IMG/VR virus record: IMGVR_UViG_3300025009_000123
Location: 1-57,929 of that record
Source: a virus
Lineage: Duplodnaviria; Caudoviricetes
DNA: 57,929 nucleotides
Reading direction: 5' to 3' (one strand)
Shown here: positions 35,917 through 46,488 of the stretch, one piece after another
How positions within the stretch are numbered: position 1 is the stretch's first letter
Layout: each line of letters opens with the position of its first letter
Notes under the pieces: generated by a model
Told to the model about the DNA's origin: nothing
The model's input: only the letters and a program-made list of their open reading frames with translations
Database searches by the model: none
Translations under genes and position numbers: made by a program

Positions 35917-38900
35917 ATGCTTATCGATTTTTTGACCGGGCTATTCTCTTCTAAAAAGAAACCTGATTACACTAATCCCGAAGAAAATGAATATCTGCAA
36001 AATATTCCCGACGCTACCGATCCGGAGCAAAACGAATACCTTCAAGATTTACCGGAAGTTGCCACGAAGGAGCCCGAAGTTGTAACCCCAAAAGGCGGAT
36101 ACGACTTAACCGGGAAGGGTGGGAAGCTATTTGTGCAGAGGCAACCCATCGATTATGACATGGGCGCCGAGGCCGCGATCCAGGAGTCCGCCGGATTAAG
36201 CGGAAAAATGAAGGAAATCGCTGACGCCAATAAACCAAGGTGGCAACCAGCCGGGCGCCCGATATCCACCTTGTCCGGCAAAGAAGTTCCGACGTCCGAA
36301 GAAAACTTAGAGACAGGCAATAAGAGGGGCTTGTTAATGATGTCCCTGCCTGCTTATGCGCTCGCCGCATTTACAAGAGGCGTAATCCCAAGAGCATTGG
36401 AAACGAGTGTCGGTAACGTCTATACAAAGACGTTCATGGGAAAAGATTATGTTTCGCCTATTGACGAAGCGTTAAAAGCGTCAGGTAAAAATATACCGGG
36501 TGCCGGACCCGCGATTATTGGCACAGCGGCGCAACTGACCGGCGCTACCGTACCTATCAGACTCGCTTTCAGGGCAGCAAACGAGATAATGGCAGCTATG
36601 GGCCTGCCAACCGACCTTGTTTTAAGCTCCGGATCAGCGGTCGAACAAATAGCTGCACACGCATTGAGGGGCGGAGCCGCAGGCACAATATACGGCGGAA
36701 CAACACAAGGCACACCCGAAGCCATGAAAGACGACGCCCTGTTCTTTGCAGGGTTAGAGGGCGCCCTGGGAGCCACCGGCATAGCCTTACAGAAGATGGT
36801 TGATTCGAATTGGTTCAGGCGTCTTACCGTCAAAGAGCGCGGCCTTGTGGTTCAAAATCTGGACGACATGATAGCAAGGGGATATCCGGTAGATGATTTG
36901 CTGGATAAGGGTTTTTCTCCCGACGACCTGATTAAAAAAGGATTCACCATTGACCAGGTATTTAACAAACAGCCCGAAGGGGCGGCGGCCGCATTTGCCA
37001 AAGCAAACGGAATAAAATGGCCCGTTGAAAAGCCTCTCGTACCAAAACCCTCAATCGGTCCTGGGCTCAGAAGCAATCAGGCGACAAAGAGAGCGGAGAT
37101 ACTAAAGAGAGAGCTTAACCCTGAAACAAACCAGTTATATACCGAGCCTGAAATAGCGGCTATATTAGAGAAAGAATTCGCTCCCGCTGTAGAAACCGTT
37201 CCTGAAACCGCCGCTGCGGCCGATCCCAAGGCCCAGACCAAGCAAATATACGACGCTTTTAAGGAACAGGCCGAGACCGGTGCGGATATCCAGGCTCTTA
37301 TTTCTGGTAAAAATACGATTGTTTCACAGTTCCCGCACCTTGAAGATGAACTCAATAAGATAATAATCGATGCAAAGGCAGCCAAGCCGATAGTTCCTCC
37401 CGTTGAGGTCAAACCGGAAACTCCGGAAGAGCCCGCCATTCCTGAAAAAGAAAGACACTTGATGGGCCGGGATGAATTCATCCAGAACGCCAAAAACAAG
37501 TTAGGAAATAAGTTTCTCCCGGACGGATCGCCGTTTGGAACGGAAGGACAATTTACAATAGCTGCCGGTGCGGCTCATAGGGAATTCGTTAAACAGGCCA
37601 TTGCATCCGGCGAATTAACCCCGAAAGACGCTGTTAAACTTCACAAGCAGGACTATTCAGATATCGAGACCTGGCCGGAGATGAAAGCCCCGGAGAAACC
37701 GATTGCCCCCGAGACCTCGCCAGACTCGACCGCCTCTTTCGAGCCACCAAAACAGGCCCAGGGGCAAGTGCTTTCTGTTCCGATTGAATCCCTAACCGTA
37801 GCACCTGAAAAATTTCAATGGCGCCGGAATCTCGGACAGGGCGGAGTTGATTCATCCCTAAAACACATTAAGGTATGGAATCCGGATCTGGCCGGAGTTG
37901 TTGCTGCCTGGAAAGACCCTGCAGATGGAAAAACATATATTATTAATGGACATCACAGATACGAAAGAGCCGCCGCGCTCGGAGTCAAAAACCTCGATAT
38001 CAAGTACATCAATGCGCCCGACGCAAAAAACGCCAAGATGATCGGCGCATTAATCAATATAGCGGAAGGACACGGAGATCCGGTTGATGCAGCTATCGCC
38101 TTAAGGGAATCCGGAAAGACAGGGAAGCAGCTTGAAGAGGAATACGGCATATCGTTAAAGCGCTCGCTCGCCCAAAAGGGTTTTGCCTTGTCTAAACTTG
38201 ACAGAGGAATTATAACTGCGATTCAAAACGGCGAGATCCCGGAAGAATGGGGCGTAATTATTGGCAATTCGATTGAGAGCGAAGACACCCAATGGCTTAC
38301 TGTAAAATCACTTTTAAGGGAAAAGGCGAAGGGCAGACGGATAACGGATCGTTTTGTCGAGGAATACACCAATGAAATAAACGGCATACCTAAAATCGTT
38401 CACGTTCAGAAGATCCTGTTTGGTGATGAAGTTACCGAGACCCCAATTATTGTAGAAAGAACCGAACTCCGCGAATACGCGGCGAAACAAATAGCCGAGG
38501 ATAAGAGCCTGTTCGGGCTGGTAAGTAAGTCTTCAAAAGCTCAAAGGCTTACCGAAGAGGGAAGCACCGTTGATGTTGACAGGAGCAAGAAAATAGCCGA
38601 AGATGCGAAGACAGCATCCGAGGCCCTTGCAAGATTCGCATCCATAAAAGGAATTATAAACGACCTCTTAAACAAATATGCGGAGGAATTAGCAAATGCA
38701 AAATCAACAGGAACCAGAAACGAAATCAAGCAAAACTTCTATGGAGAACTCCGAGCCGCAATTCCCGACGTTATCGCAGGGCGATTGGGATCAGGTAGCG
38801 GGGGAGTTTCTAAGGATAGTGGACCCGAAGCTGTTAAACCAGCCGAAGAAACCGTAGACAAAGAAGTCCACGACTACAGCAGCGCCCAGGTCAATCTCCC

Positions 38901-41900
38901 CGAACCGAAAGTTGGTTTTGTGAGAGTTTATCGTGGTGAGGAATCGTTAAAAGGCAAGCCCGGTAAATATACAGGGACATCATTTTCCCCAGACATAGAA
39001 TACGCAAAAAGATATGGGCGAGAAGGGAAGGGCGGTGTTTACTATTTAGACATACCGGTCGAGTTAATGACAGACGCTAAATATGCACATTTAAGACGCT
39101 CAGCAGATGGTGTTGTGCATGAGATTGCCGTTCCTAAAAATTTACAATCTCAATATGGTGGGAAAAAGCCGACAACCCCTACAGCCCCAAGCCCTGACAA
39201 GCCTACTCCACCAGATGCCGCCAAACCGGAGATCAAGAATCCGGAGGGTACTGGCAAGCCCGAAAGCCAGCCAGCAAAGCCGACAATGGAAAAGTTTGCC
39301 GAAAAAACGCCGGAGGAAAGAAAAGATGCCGTTGCTCTCGCAAAATCATTCACTCCTGGCGATAAAGTTTCATGGACTGACAGCAAGGGCGAAGCGCATA
39401 CAGGCAAAGTAGCAAAAAGACAAACCGGCTCGATAGGGCAGGATTACCGAGACCAGGGACTTGTGCTCGTATCGACCGACGCAGGAAATAACACCGTATC
39501 CGCCGATCTATTAAAAAAGGAAGTTGAAGCAAGTCCTTCGGATACAACACCATTTGATAAATGGAAATCCGGTCTGAAACTAATTAAAGAACCTATCAAG
39601 GGAAGTCAGGCTACAAAAAATTATTATGAGGATTCCGAAGGAACGAGGATTAGCCTTTCCGACACAGAGTCACAAGAGGGCTTGGATAAGAGGTTGTTAG
39701 ATATTTATAATTTAAAAGAGGAGGCTCCGGCTGATACTACCGGAAAGATTGAAGACTTCGGGGAAAAGATAGGTGGGGCCAGAAAAGATACTGCCGAAAG
39801 CGGCTACACCCTGGTCGGAAAAGAGAAAAAAGAATCATCCGCTCCGGCATGGCGCAAGAAATATGTTGCAATGGAAAAGGTTGATGGAACCGGATGGACT
39901 ATTGGGAAAACAGGTGATCGGCCTGGCATAAGTGCTCGCTCTTCTCAAAAGTTTGCCCCGAAGGAAGAAGCTGAAGCAGCCATTCCTCTTCTTGCCGTTG
40001 CTGATAGCCATAGGGTTTACCAGGGCCGAACCGACACCGGTTATTCGATATTCAAGAAGGTTGGAGAAAAGAAACTCTTCAAAGTTGTTAATCAAGACTT
40101 CCCTTCTCGCGAAGAAGCTATGAAATACATGGCCGAACATGCTGAAGAAATTTTGAATATCAAGACAACTTTTGGCGAAGAAATTCTCCCCGTACCCGAT
40201 AACGCACAGCGCAAAGGGATTGAGCGCAGAACAATAGACGCAACGCCTGAAATGTTTATGGAAACATTCGCGCCGAGAGGCATTGAGTTTGGGAACTGGA
40301 ATAACCAGGAAGAGCGCCAATTAATAATGAACCATGCGTATGATGGCCTCCTCGATCTTGCGGATGCGCTTAATTTACCTCCGAAAGCACTCATGCTAAA
40401 CGGTGAGCTTGCAATAGCATTCGGGGCCAGAGGGCAGGGTCTTTCCGGGGCAAAGGCACATTATGAACCTGATTATGGAGTTATCAATCTGACAAAGATG
40501 AAAGGCGCTGGCTCGCTTGGACATGAGTGGATGCACGCCTTTGACCATTATCTCGCAAGGCTTGATACCAAAGCCTCATCAGAAAAGAAACCGAATGAGC
40601 GCGGGGATATGGTTTATAATAGATCCGCCAACAAAATAGACTTTCAGAGCCATGGAGCCAGTTATAAAACACAGTTAAGACCGGAACTCAAAACCGCTTA
40701 TGATACATTGATTGATTTGATGTATAAAAGGGCGGAGCAATATGTTGAGGACACAAAACAGGCGGACAAGTTTATTGAGACGGCCCGCGAGAACCTTAAA
40801 ACAGCACTGAATGGTATTCGCTCCAATTTGACACAAGACATGACGAATTATCACAAGAGCAAGGGGGGATATAGTAGTAAATCCATTAAATACTTTGAGC
40901 CAGCATCGGCTGAACACCTTGCCGAATTTGACCGACTTGCGAATATTCTTATTGAAGGCGGGGACTTAAAAACAGAATTCAGATACAATAAGCCTGAAGG
41001 CGCAAACACACCAGCTATGCGACCAAAGGGAATGAGCAACGCCGCACATGGAAAATTAATCTCACATCGTTATTCAAACGATACGCTTGATGGTATTAAC
41101 GCCGTTCTGAAAACAGTACGAAACCGACAGGGGTTTAATAAAGAAGGTCATGGCTATCTTGACCGAGTTCGTGCGGCCATGAACACCTATTCCGAAAGAT
41201 TAAAGATGCTTGAGGATGCAAAGGCCGGAACTGAAAAAACAAAGAAAGTATCCACGTCTTATGCGATTGAAGCCAAAAAGATGGATCAGGCGCGCTCCAG
41301 CGATTATTGGAGCGAGCCGCATGAAATGGTTGCAAGGGCTTTTGCCGCTTATGTTGAAGACAAAATAGCAGAGACCGGTGGACAGAGCGATTTTCTTGTT
41401 TATCGTGCTCATGGCGGTATCCTGCTTCCAATGATTGACGGATTCGTAGCAAGGCCATACCCTGAAGGCGCTGAAAGAATAGCGATAAATCAAGCGTTTG
41501 ACGCATTTGTTAAAGAGATCAAAACAAAAGAAACCGATAAAGGTACGGCAATTTACGAACCCGCCACGCCCTATTCCGTGGAAACCGAAATTCCCATATA
41601 TAAAATGTCCGAAAACGGGGACTTGACAAAAGCTCCGAACAATGTCTATATTAATGAAAAGCAGATGGGGTTGTTTGTTCGCAACGAACATCAAGGGAGG
41701 CTTTTCAATGAAAAAATATCCAATGCCGGTAAGCGGCCTAAAAATATGCCAGCCGGTACTGAAGCACCACAAGGACGGGAGATATCCGGAGTTCGTGGAG
41801 ACATGGGATACCGGCCTGAATCCGGAACCCTGCCCGAAATCAGCTCAAAACCCATCGGAAAATGGGAATCATCCCGAAGCAGCATAACCTCCCCTGAAGA

Positions 41901-44900
41901 CGTTGCCGTAATCGCAAGGGATAATATTGGGGACGATGCCCAAGAATCTCTCATTTCCATCGTCACGGACGACTCAGGTAAAATACTTGCCATAAATCAA
42001 CACGCCATAGGCGGTCCCGGAAGATCACAGGTTTTCCCAGCTATTTTATCGGGCCAGATATTAAACATTCCTAAAGGTAAAAACGCCTGGTTAGTCCATA
42101 ACCATCCTGCTGGTGTGTCCGATGTGTCGCCCGAAGATGAGTTTATTTCCACAAATACTTCAAAGATTCTATCTGGTTCTGACATTGTATTGCATCCCAT
42201 AATGGCGATCACGCCGAAAGAATACTCAACTTTCAGATCTCCTGCTATTGCGATTCCGGCAAAAGAAAAAGCCACACACACATTTGATGTCCTCGGGAGA
42301 AAGTTCGATGTCCATCCGGAAGGACTTGCCGCTGTGTCCAGTCCTGATATGATGGCTGAATTCGGTGAAAAATATGTCAAGAACGGCGGAATCATTCTCT
42401 TAAACACGAAACTTCATCCGCTTGCCATTATAGAGGTTTCAGACTATTCCAAATTAAAACCCGATCATCTCAAAATTCTTAAAGAGGCGGAGAAAAGAAA
42501 CGCCTCGGCTTTTATGGTTTACGACAAAAACAGAAAGGTTTCCGAAGAAGGCATGCGGAACCTTTTGAAATTTGAGAAAGCCACGACCTTGCAGTTTATG
42601 GCATTGCACGACAAGACCGGCGAGATGTCGCATTGGATAGACACGGCGCGGATTTCCATTGGGGATAATAACGAGTTTTTTTCTATTAAAGGACAAGGAG
42701 GAAAAACAAATGAAGGACGAAGAGCCGTTGGTGAGAATAAAAACGGAGAACGGGGAGACGTATTACCCGAAGTTCGAGAAGAACACGCGAGACAAGTGGA
42801 CGCCCAAAGACAAGTCTCTGCAAAAAACCCTCAGGCACCGAGCGCGTTCCGAGAAGCCTGTGAAAAAGGGCAGGGGCTAACTCACTATCCGGAAGGATAT
42901 TCTGACCCCGAATTTGCCGAATTGCGCGATATTTCAGAAGGGTATGGACTTGATCTTGTTCCTGTCAAAGATACCAGCGACACCATAAACGCGGTTATCA
43001 GGGACGGGCGCGTTTTCCTGAACATGATGCGAGAGAAAGGCAGCGACACCCTGAAGCATGTCGTACTGCACGAAATCAGCCACGCCAAGGGTAACGAAAC
43101 AACTCAGGAAAAAATAGACACGCAATCCGAGGCATTTAGAAAGTATCGGCATAAATTAAGCTGGTACTACTTCGGTACGCCCTCCCGTTTGCTTTCGACA
43201 AAGCATGTGTTGGAAGAATTTGCCGCCGATTTGGAGAGTGGCATTGATTCGCGGTATGGGATAAAGCTGGCTGACGGATTGAAAAAGGGCGAGACAATTG
43301 CGCCGATAACAATAGATAGGGTAAGCCAGATAGGAAAGGAGACGAGAAAGGCGAGAGGCCCGCCAGAAAATGAACAATATTCCGTCCGGAAAAAAGAAGT
43401 CCCCGGATCTCTATTCCCAGAAGTCAACAAACGGTTAGAAGAATCGAAGGGAATCAAGTATGCCTCATTAACCGACAAAACCAAAGACGCCCTTGTTACA
43501 GGATGGGAGAGTTTTACACGACACTTCCCGCACCTGGACCCGAAGACTGACGGCGAGGTTATTGATATTTTCCGAAGATTCCAGGATGTGCCGGGATGGT
43601 CGAAGCATGAAACGATCCGGAGACTTGAAGAGTTTGTTGGAAAGCTCTCCCCTGGGGATCGTCACGTTTTCACCATGAATATCATTTTGCCTGATATGTT
43701 GAGGGACTTAGACAGCGGGCCTCTTCAAATTGAAGAAGACCAGGAGCTACCCTTTGGTTATAAAAACAAAGAAGAAGTTGAGCAGGACAGGGACAACTTT
43801 AAAGATCTGGCCGATAATAACCCGGCAATAAAAGAGGCTCTTGCAAAACGGAATACCTTTATGAAGTCTCTCACGGATCAACTTGTTGAGCACGATCTCC
43901 TTGACGGGGAAAAAGCGAAAGATCCAGCGTCTTATTTTCATCACCAAGTTTTGGATTACATGAATTACAAGGAAAATCCGAATTGGGGTATCGCTTCTAG
44001 GGATGTCCGCACCCACAGAAAGGGTTGGCAGATAGGCCGTGTCGGATCAACCCTCGACTATAACACCGAATACGTTGAGTCCGAATTCGAGGTTATATCC
44101 CAGGCATTGACACAAATAGAGACGGTAAAAACCCTTAAAAGGATCAAGGACGCCGCAGACATCAAGCCGGAGCTGGAGGCCCAGGCCAAAGATCAGAACA
44201 TGAAGGCCTTTTATAAAAAGGCCATGACTAACCCGCTCGAAGATCCCCTGGCGCCGTATAAGCAACAAATAGCCATAGGATACAGCAAGCTCGGTAAAAT
44301 GGTCGCTGCTGGAACGCTCGAAGCTCCCTCTTCATTTGACGACGTTATTGAGCATATAGCGGACCAGGCAGAGATCCGTAAAGCATCAAAACAGGACGGA
44401 GTGGAATTCAATCCCGAAAGCCATCCGAGAATGTTCGCCCTTTTAAACTATCTTGTGACTCACGGAGGCCCAGGATCGGGACCGGCGACCATGATATTTA
44501 AAGCGATTGTCGATAGAAACGCCTTTATCAAACAGGTTGTCGGGAAAGATTGGGTTACTTATAACGATTTAATTCCAGAAGGATACGAAGCCCATAAACC
44601 AGAGGCGAGGAGCGCTTTCTATTTTGCAAACACTATGACGGATCAGGCTCTTTCCATGGTTGTTTCAGGGAAAAAGGATTTAAACGACGTTATCAAACGC
44701 GAGCTGGTTCGCGGTTATGACGAAATATGGATTGTAAAGAAAGGCATATCAAAAACACTCAACGAATTCAGGCCGGCTATTGAGGGATCGCTCCCGGAAC
44801 GGATCTCGGCAGACATGCTTTCCGTGTGGAAACAATGGGTGCTTATGAATCCATATAGAGTTATCAAATATAATCTTAATAATATGAGCGGTGATCTTGA

Positions 44901-46488
44901 CATCTGCCTTGCTTATGATCCGAAAATAGTTTGGAACTATTTCTGGCCCGCTTTTAAAGATCTGGTTGCGGCATCGAGGGGCAAAGCTACATCTTTCCTC
45001 CTGGATGATCTGTCTGATATGAATAAGCTCGGCGTTATAGGTTCCGGCATGACCAATATAGATATACCAGAATTAAGCGGGGTTGAATCCATCAAGGGTC
45101 TTGTTGATTTCTTTGACGGCAAATCGAAAAACGCCCTGACCAGATGGTATAATATGAATAAGCAGCTCTCAACTCTCCGAGAAAATATCCTCCGACTGGC
45201 TGCATACAGGTATTTTCTGGACAAATTGAACAAGGGTGAGTTGGTTTACGGCGCCTCGAGGAAGACCGAAGTTGATCCGATAGAGGACAAGAGCGAAAAG
45301 GCCGCGAAACTGGCGAGGGAACTTGTTGGGGACTACGGGAATATAAGCCATGCTGGTCAATGGGTTCGCAAAAGATTGATCCCGTTCTGGAGCTGGAGCG
45401 AAATAAACGCGCCCCGGTATGTCCGGTTGATGAAAAACATAAGGTATGAGATGGGCGATGATTTTATCGATATGATTCCGGATGAATCGGGAGAATACGC
45501 TATGAAGAGAGGGGGGGATTGGTCTCGTCGATACCGGAGATATGGCAAAATGGGCTCTGTATTCGCGTGGAAGGGGACGAAGTTGGCGGCTTTCGCCTCT
45601 GCGCTTATGGGCATGGTTATGATGTGGAACGCGGCCATGTTCCCGAAAGAAGAAAGAGAGCTCCAAAGATCGGGCAGGGAACAGCTTCATTTAATCCTTT
45701 ATCGCCGGAAAGATGGATCGATTGTAACGATTAGATTCCAGGGCGCACTTTCGGACGCGCTTGCCTGGTTTGGCATGAGTAACCCGGTGGAACAGATAAA
45801 GGAAGTCTATAAAGGTGAAAAGGGTTCTGGCGAACTGACAAAAGATGTTTTAACCGGAGCGCCCTTGAAGATATTCCAGGGGTTGAGGCCAGAGCCGAAA
45901 ATATTATACGAAGTCCTATCCGGACAGGGGTTCTATCCCGATCCACTGCATCCTCGGCCGATAAGAGATACCACAGAGCACATTTTGAGGACATTCTCTC
46001 TCGATAAACTTTACAATATGGCCGCAGGCAAACCAAGAAAAGGCGGTTCATGGGAAAGCCAACTATTAAGAGACATCGAGGGAATGCTATTGTATGAAGC
46101 GGACCCGGGGGAGCAGGCATATTATACAATCCGTAAAGACGTCTTTGATTGGTTAGAGAAAAACGGTAAAGAAAAGCCGGTAACCATGCCGACCGGCAGG
46201 GCCAACAATCTATATTATTATAAACAAGCCTTGAAATATGGTGACTTTGACGCGGCTCAGAGATACCTCAAAAAATATGAGGAAGCTGGCGGAAAGTGGA
46301 AAAATATCAGGACGAGCATTAAACGTGCTGATCCGCTGGCGTCTTTGGGAGGACGGGACCGCAGAAAGTTCAGAGAAACTCTGACGCCTGAACAGAAACA
46401 GACCCTTCTTATAGCAAGCGAGTGGTATAAGAGGCATTATGTTGATACATATAGAGACCCAAGGGCGAGAAAGGCGGCTACTGAATAA
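35917..46488 (+). CDS. Giant polyvalent internal virion protein (ParB-like, ART-like, LPD5/LPD1, two HExxH motifs, RadC/JAB)
   Basis: INGHHR (ParB-like); YRG..SFS..YA..E (ART-like); KIEDFGEKIGGARKD; EFGNW..HEWMH..YWS.PHEM.ARAF; HNHP.G...S.ED; HEISH. Confidence 0.85.
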   Translation: MLIDFLTGLFSSKKKPDYTNPEENEYLQNIPDATDPEQNEYLQDLPEVATKEPEVVTPKGGYDLTGKGGKLFVQRQPIDYDMGAEAAIQESAGLSGKMKEIADANKPRWQPAGRPISTLSGKEVPTSEENLETGNKRGLLMMSLPAYALAAFTRGVIPRALETSVGNVYTKTFMGKDYVSPIDEALKASGKNIPGAGPAIIGTAAQLTGATVPIRLAFRAANEIMAAMGLPTDLVLSSGSAVEQIAAHALRGGAAGTIYGGTTQGTPEAMKDDALFFAGLEGALGATGIALQKMVDSNWFRRLTVKERGLVVQNLDDMIARGYPVDDLLDKGFSPDDLIKKGFTIDQVFNKQPEGAAAAFAKANGIKWPVEKPLVPKPSIGPGLRSNQATKRAEILKRELNPETNQLYTEPEIAAILEKEFAPAVETVPETAAAADPKAQTKQIYDAFKEQAETGADIQALISGKNTIVSQFPHLEDELNKIIIDAKAAKPIVPPVEVKPETPEEPAIPEKERHLMGRDEFIQNAKNKLGNKFLPDGSPFGTEGQFTIAAGAAHREFVKQAIASGELTPKDAVKLHKQDYSDIETWPEMKAPEKPIAPETSPDSTASFEPPKQAQGQVLSVPIESLTVAPEKFQWRRNLGQGGVDSSLKHIKVWNPDLAGVVAAWKDPADGKTYIINGHHRYERAAALGVKNLDIKYINAPDAKNAKMIGALINIAEGHGDPVDAAIALRESGKTGKQLEEEYGISLKRSLAQKGFALSKLDRGIITAIQNGEIPEEWGVIIGNSIESEDTQWLTVKSLLREKAKGRRITDRFVEEYTNEINGIPKIVHVQKILFGDEVTETPIIVERTELREYAAKQIAEDKSLFGLVSKSSKAQRLTEEGSTVDVDRSKKIAEDAKTASEALARFASIKGIINDLLNKYAEELANAKSTGTRNEIKQNFYGELRAAIPDVIAGRLGSGSGGVSKDSGPEAVKPAEETVDKEVHDYSSAQVNLPEPKVGFVRVYRGEESLKGKPGKYTGTSFSPDIEYAKRYGREGKGGVYYLDIPVELMTDAKYAHLRRSADGVVHEIAVPKNLQSQYGGKKPTTPTAPSPDKPTPPDAAKPEIKNPEGTGKPESQPAKPTMEKFAEKTPEERKDAVALAKSFTPGDKVSWTDSKGEAHTGKVAKRQTGSIGQDYRDQGLVLVSTDAGNNTVSADLLKKEVEASPSDTTPFDKWKSGLKLIKEPIKGSQATKNYYEDSEGTRISLSDTESQEGLDKRLLDIYNLKEEAPADTTGKIEDFGEKIGGARKDTAESGYTLVGKEKKESSAPAWRKKYVAMEKVDGTGWTIGKTGDRPGISARSSQKFAPKEEAEAAIPLLAVADSHRVYQGRTDTGYSIFKKVGEKKLFKVVNQDFPSREEAMKYMAEHAEEILNIKTTFGEEILPVPDNAQRKGIERRTIDATPEMFMETFAPRGIEFGNWNNQEERQLIMNHAYDGLLDLADALNLPPKALMLNGELAIAFGARGQGLSGAKAHYEPDYGVINLTKMKGAGSLGHEWMHAFDHYLARLDTKASSEKKPNERGDMVYNRSANKIDFQSHGASYKTQLRPELKTAYDTLIDLMYKRAEQYVEDTKQADKFIETARENLKTALNGIRSNLTQDMTNYHKSKGGYSSKSIKYFEPASAEHLAEFDRLANILIEGGDLKTEFRYNKPEGANTPAMRPKGMSNAAHGKLISHRYSNDTLDGINAVLKTVRNRQGFNKEGHGYLDRVRAAMNTYSERLKMLEDAKAGTEKTKKVSTSYAIEAKKMDQARSSDYWSEPHEMVARAFAAYVEDKIAETGGQSDFLVYRAHGGILLPMIDGFVARPYPEGAERIAINQAFDAFVKEIKTKETDKGTAIYEPATPYSVETEIPIYKMSENGDLTKAPNNVYINEKQMGLFVRNEHQGRLFNEKISNAGKRPKNMPAGTEAPQGREISGVRGDMGYRPESGTLPEISSKPIGKWESSRSSITSPEDVAVIARDNIGDDAQESLISIVTDDSGKILAINQHAIGGPGRSQVFPAILSGQILNIPKGKNAWLVHNHPAGVSDVSPEDEFISTNTSKILSGSDIVLHPIMAITPKEYSTFRSPAIAIPAKEKATHTFDVLGRKFDVHPEGLAAVSSPDMMAEFGEKYVKNGGIILLNTKLHPLAIIEVSDYSKLKPDHLKILKEAEKRNASAFMVYDKNRKVSEEGMRNLLKFEKATTLQFMALHDKTGEMSHWIDTARISIGDNNEFFSIKGQGGKTNEGRRAVGENKNGERGDVLPEVREEHARQVDAQRQVSAKNPQAPSAFREACEKGQGLTHYPEGYSDPEFAELRDISEGYGLDLVPVKDTSDTINAVIRDGRVFLNMMREKGSDTLKHVVLHEISHAKGNETTQEKIDTQSEAFRKYRHKLSWYYFGTPSRLLSTKHVLEEFAADLESGIDSRYGIKLADGLKKGETIAPITIDRVSQIGKETRKARGPPENEQYSVRKKEVPGSLFPEVNKRLEESKGIKYASLTDKTKDALVTGWESFTRHFPHLDPKTDGEVIDIFRRFQDVPGWSKHETIRRLEEFVGKLSPGDRHVFTMNIILPDMLRDLDSGPLQIEEDQELPFGYKNKEEVEQDRDNFKDLADNNPAIKEALAKRNTFMKSLTDQLVEHDLLDGEKAKDPASYFHHQVLDYMNYKENPNWGIASRDVRTHRKGWQIGRVGSTLDYNTEYVESEFEVISQALTQIETVKTLKRIKDAADIKPELEAQAKDQNMKAFYKKAMTNPLEDPLAPYKQQIAIGYSKLGKMVAAGTLEAPSSFDDVIEHIADQAEIRKASKQDGVEFNPESHPRMFALLNYLVTHGGPGSGPATMIFKAIVDRNAFIKQVVGKDWVTYNDLIPEGYEAHKPEARSAFYFANTMTDQALSMVVSGKKDLNDVIKRELVRGYDEIWIVKKGISKTLNEFRPAIEGSLPERISADMLSVWKQWVLMNPYRVIKYNLNNMSGDLDICLAYDPKIVWNYFWPAFKDLVAASRGKATSFLLDDLSDMNKLGVIGSGMTNIDIPELSGVESIKGLVDFFDGKSKNALTRWYNMNKQLSTLRENILRLAAYRYFLDKLNKGELVYGASRKTEVDPIEDKSEKAAKLARELVGDYGNISHAGQWVRKRLIPFWSWSEINAPRYVRLMKNIRYEMGDDFIDMIPDESGEYAMKRGGDWSRRYRRYGKMGSVFAWKGTKLAAFASALMGMVMMWNAAMFPKEERELQRSGREQLHLILYRRKDGSIVTIRFQGALSDALAWFGMSNPVEQIKEVYKGEKGSGELTKDVLTGAPLKIFQGLRPEPKILYEVLSGQGFYPDPLHPRPIRDTTEHILRTFSLDKLYNMAAGKPRKGGSWESQLLRDIEGMLLYEADPGEQAYYTIRKDVFDWLEKNGKEKPVTMPTGRANNLYYYKQALKYGDFDAAQRYLKKYEEAGGKWKNIRTSIKRADPLASLGGRDRRKFRETLTPEQKQTLLIASEWYKRHYVDTYRDPRARKAATE
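41623..41652 (+). promoter_or_regulatory. Internal sigma70-like promoter within the giant gene
   Basis: TTGACA-N18-TATATT upstream of a nested ORF that has an RBS. Confidence 0.5.
41708..41887 (+). CDS. Nested +1-frame ORF (59 aa)
   Basis: GGGAGG RBS 7 nt upstream of ATG; promoter upstream. Confidence 0.45.
   Translation: MKKYPMPVSGLKICQPVLKHHKDGRYPEFVETWDTGLNPEPCPKSAQNPSENGNHPEAA
42710..42880 (+). CDS. Nested +1-frame ORF (56 aa, basic)
   Basis: Perfect AAGGAGG RBS 8 nt upstream of ATG, with an A-rich spacer. Confidence 0.5.
   Translation: MKDEEPLVRIKTENGETYYPKFEKNTRDKWTPKDKSLQKTLRHRARSEKPVKKGRG

Noticed and set aside
36014-46437. Numerous antisense ORFs of 60-190 aa within the giant gene, and similar ones across other long genes
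   Set aside because: No RBS or recognisable motifs; expected shadow ORFs. Only sense +1 ORFs at domain junctions were kept.
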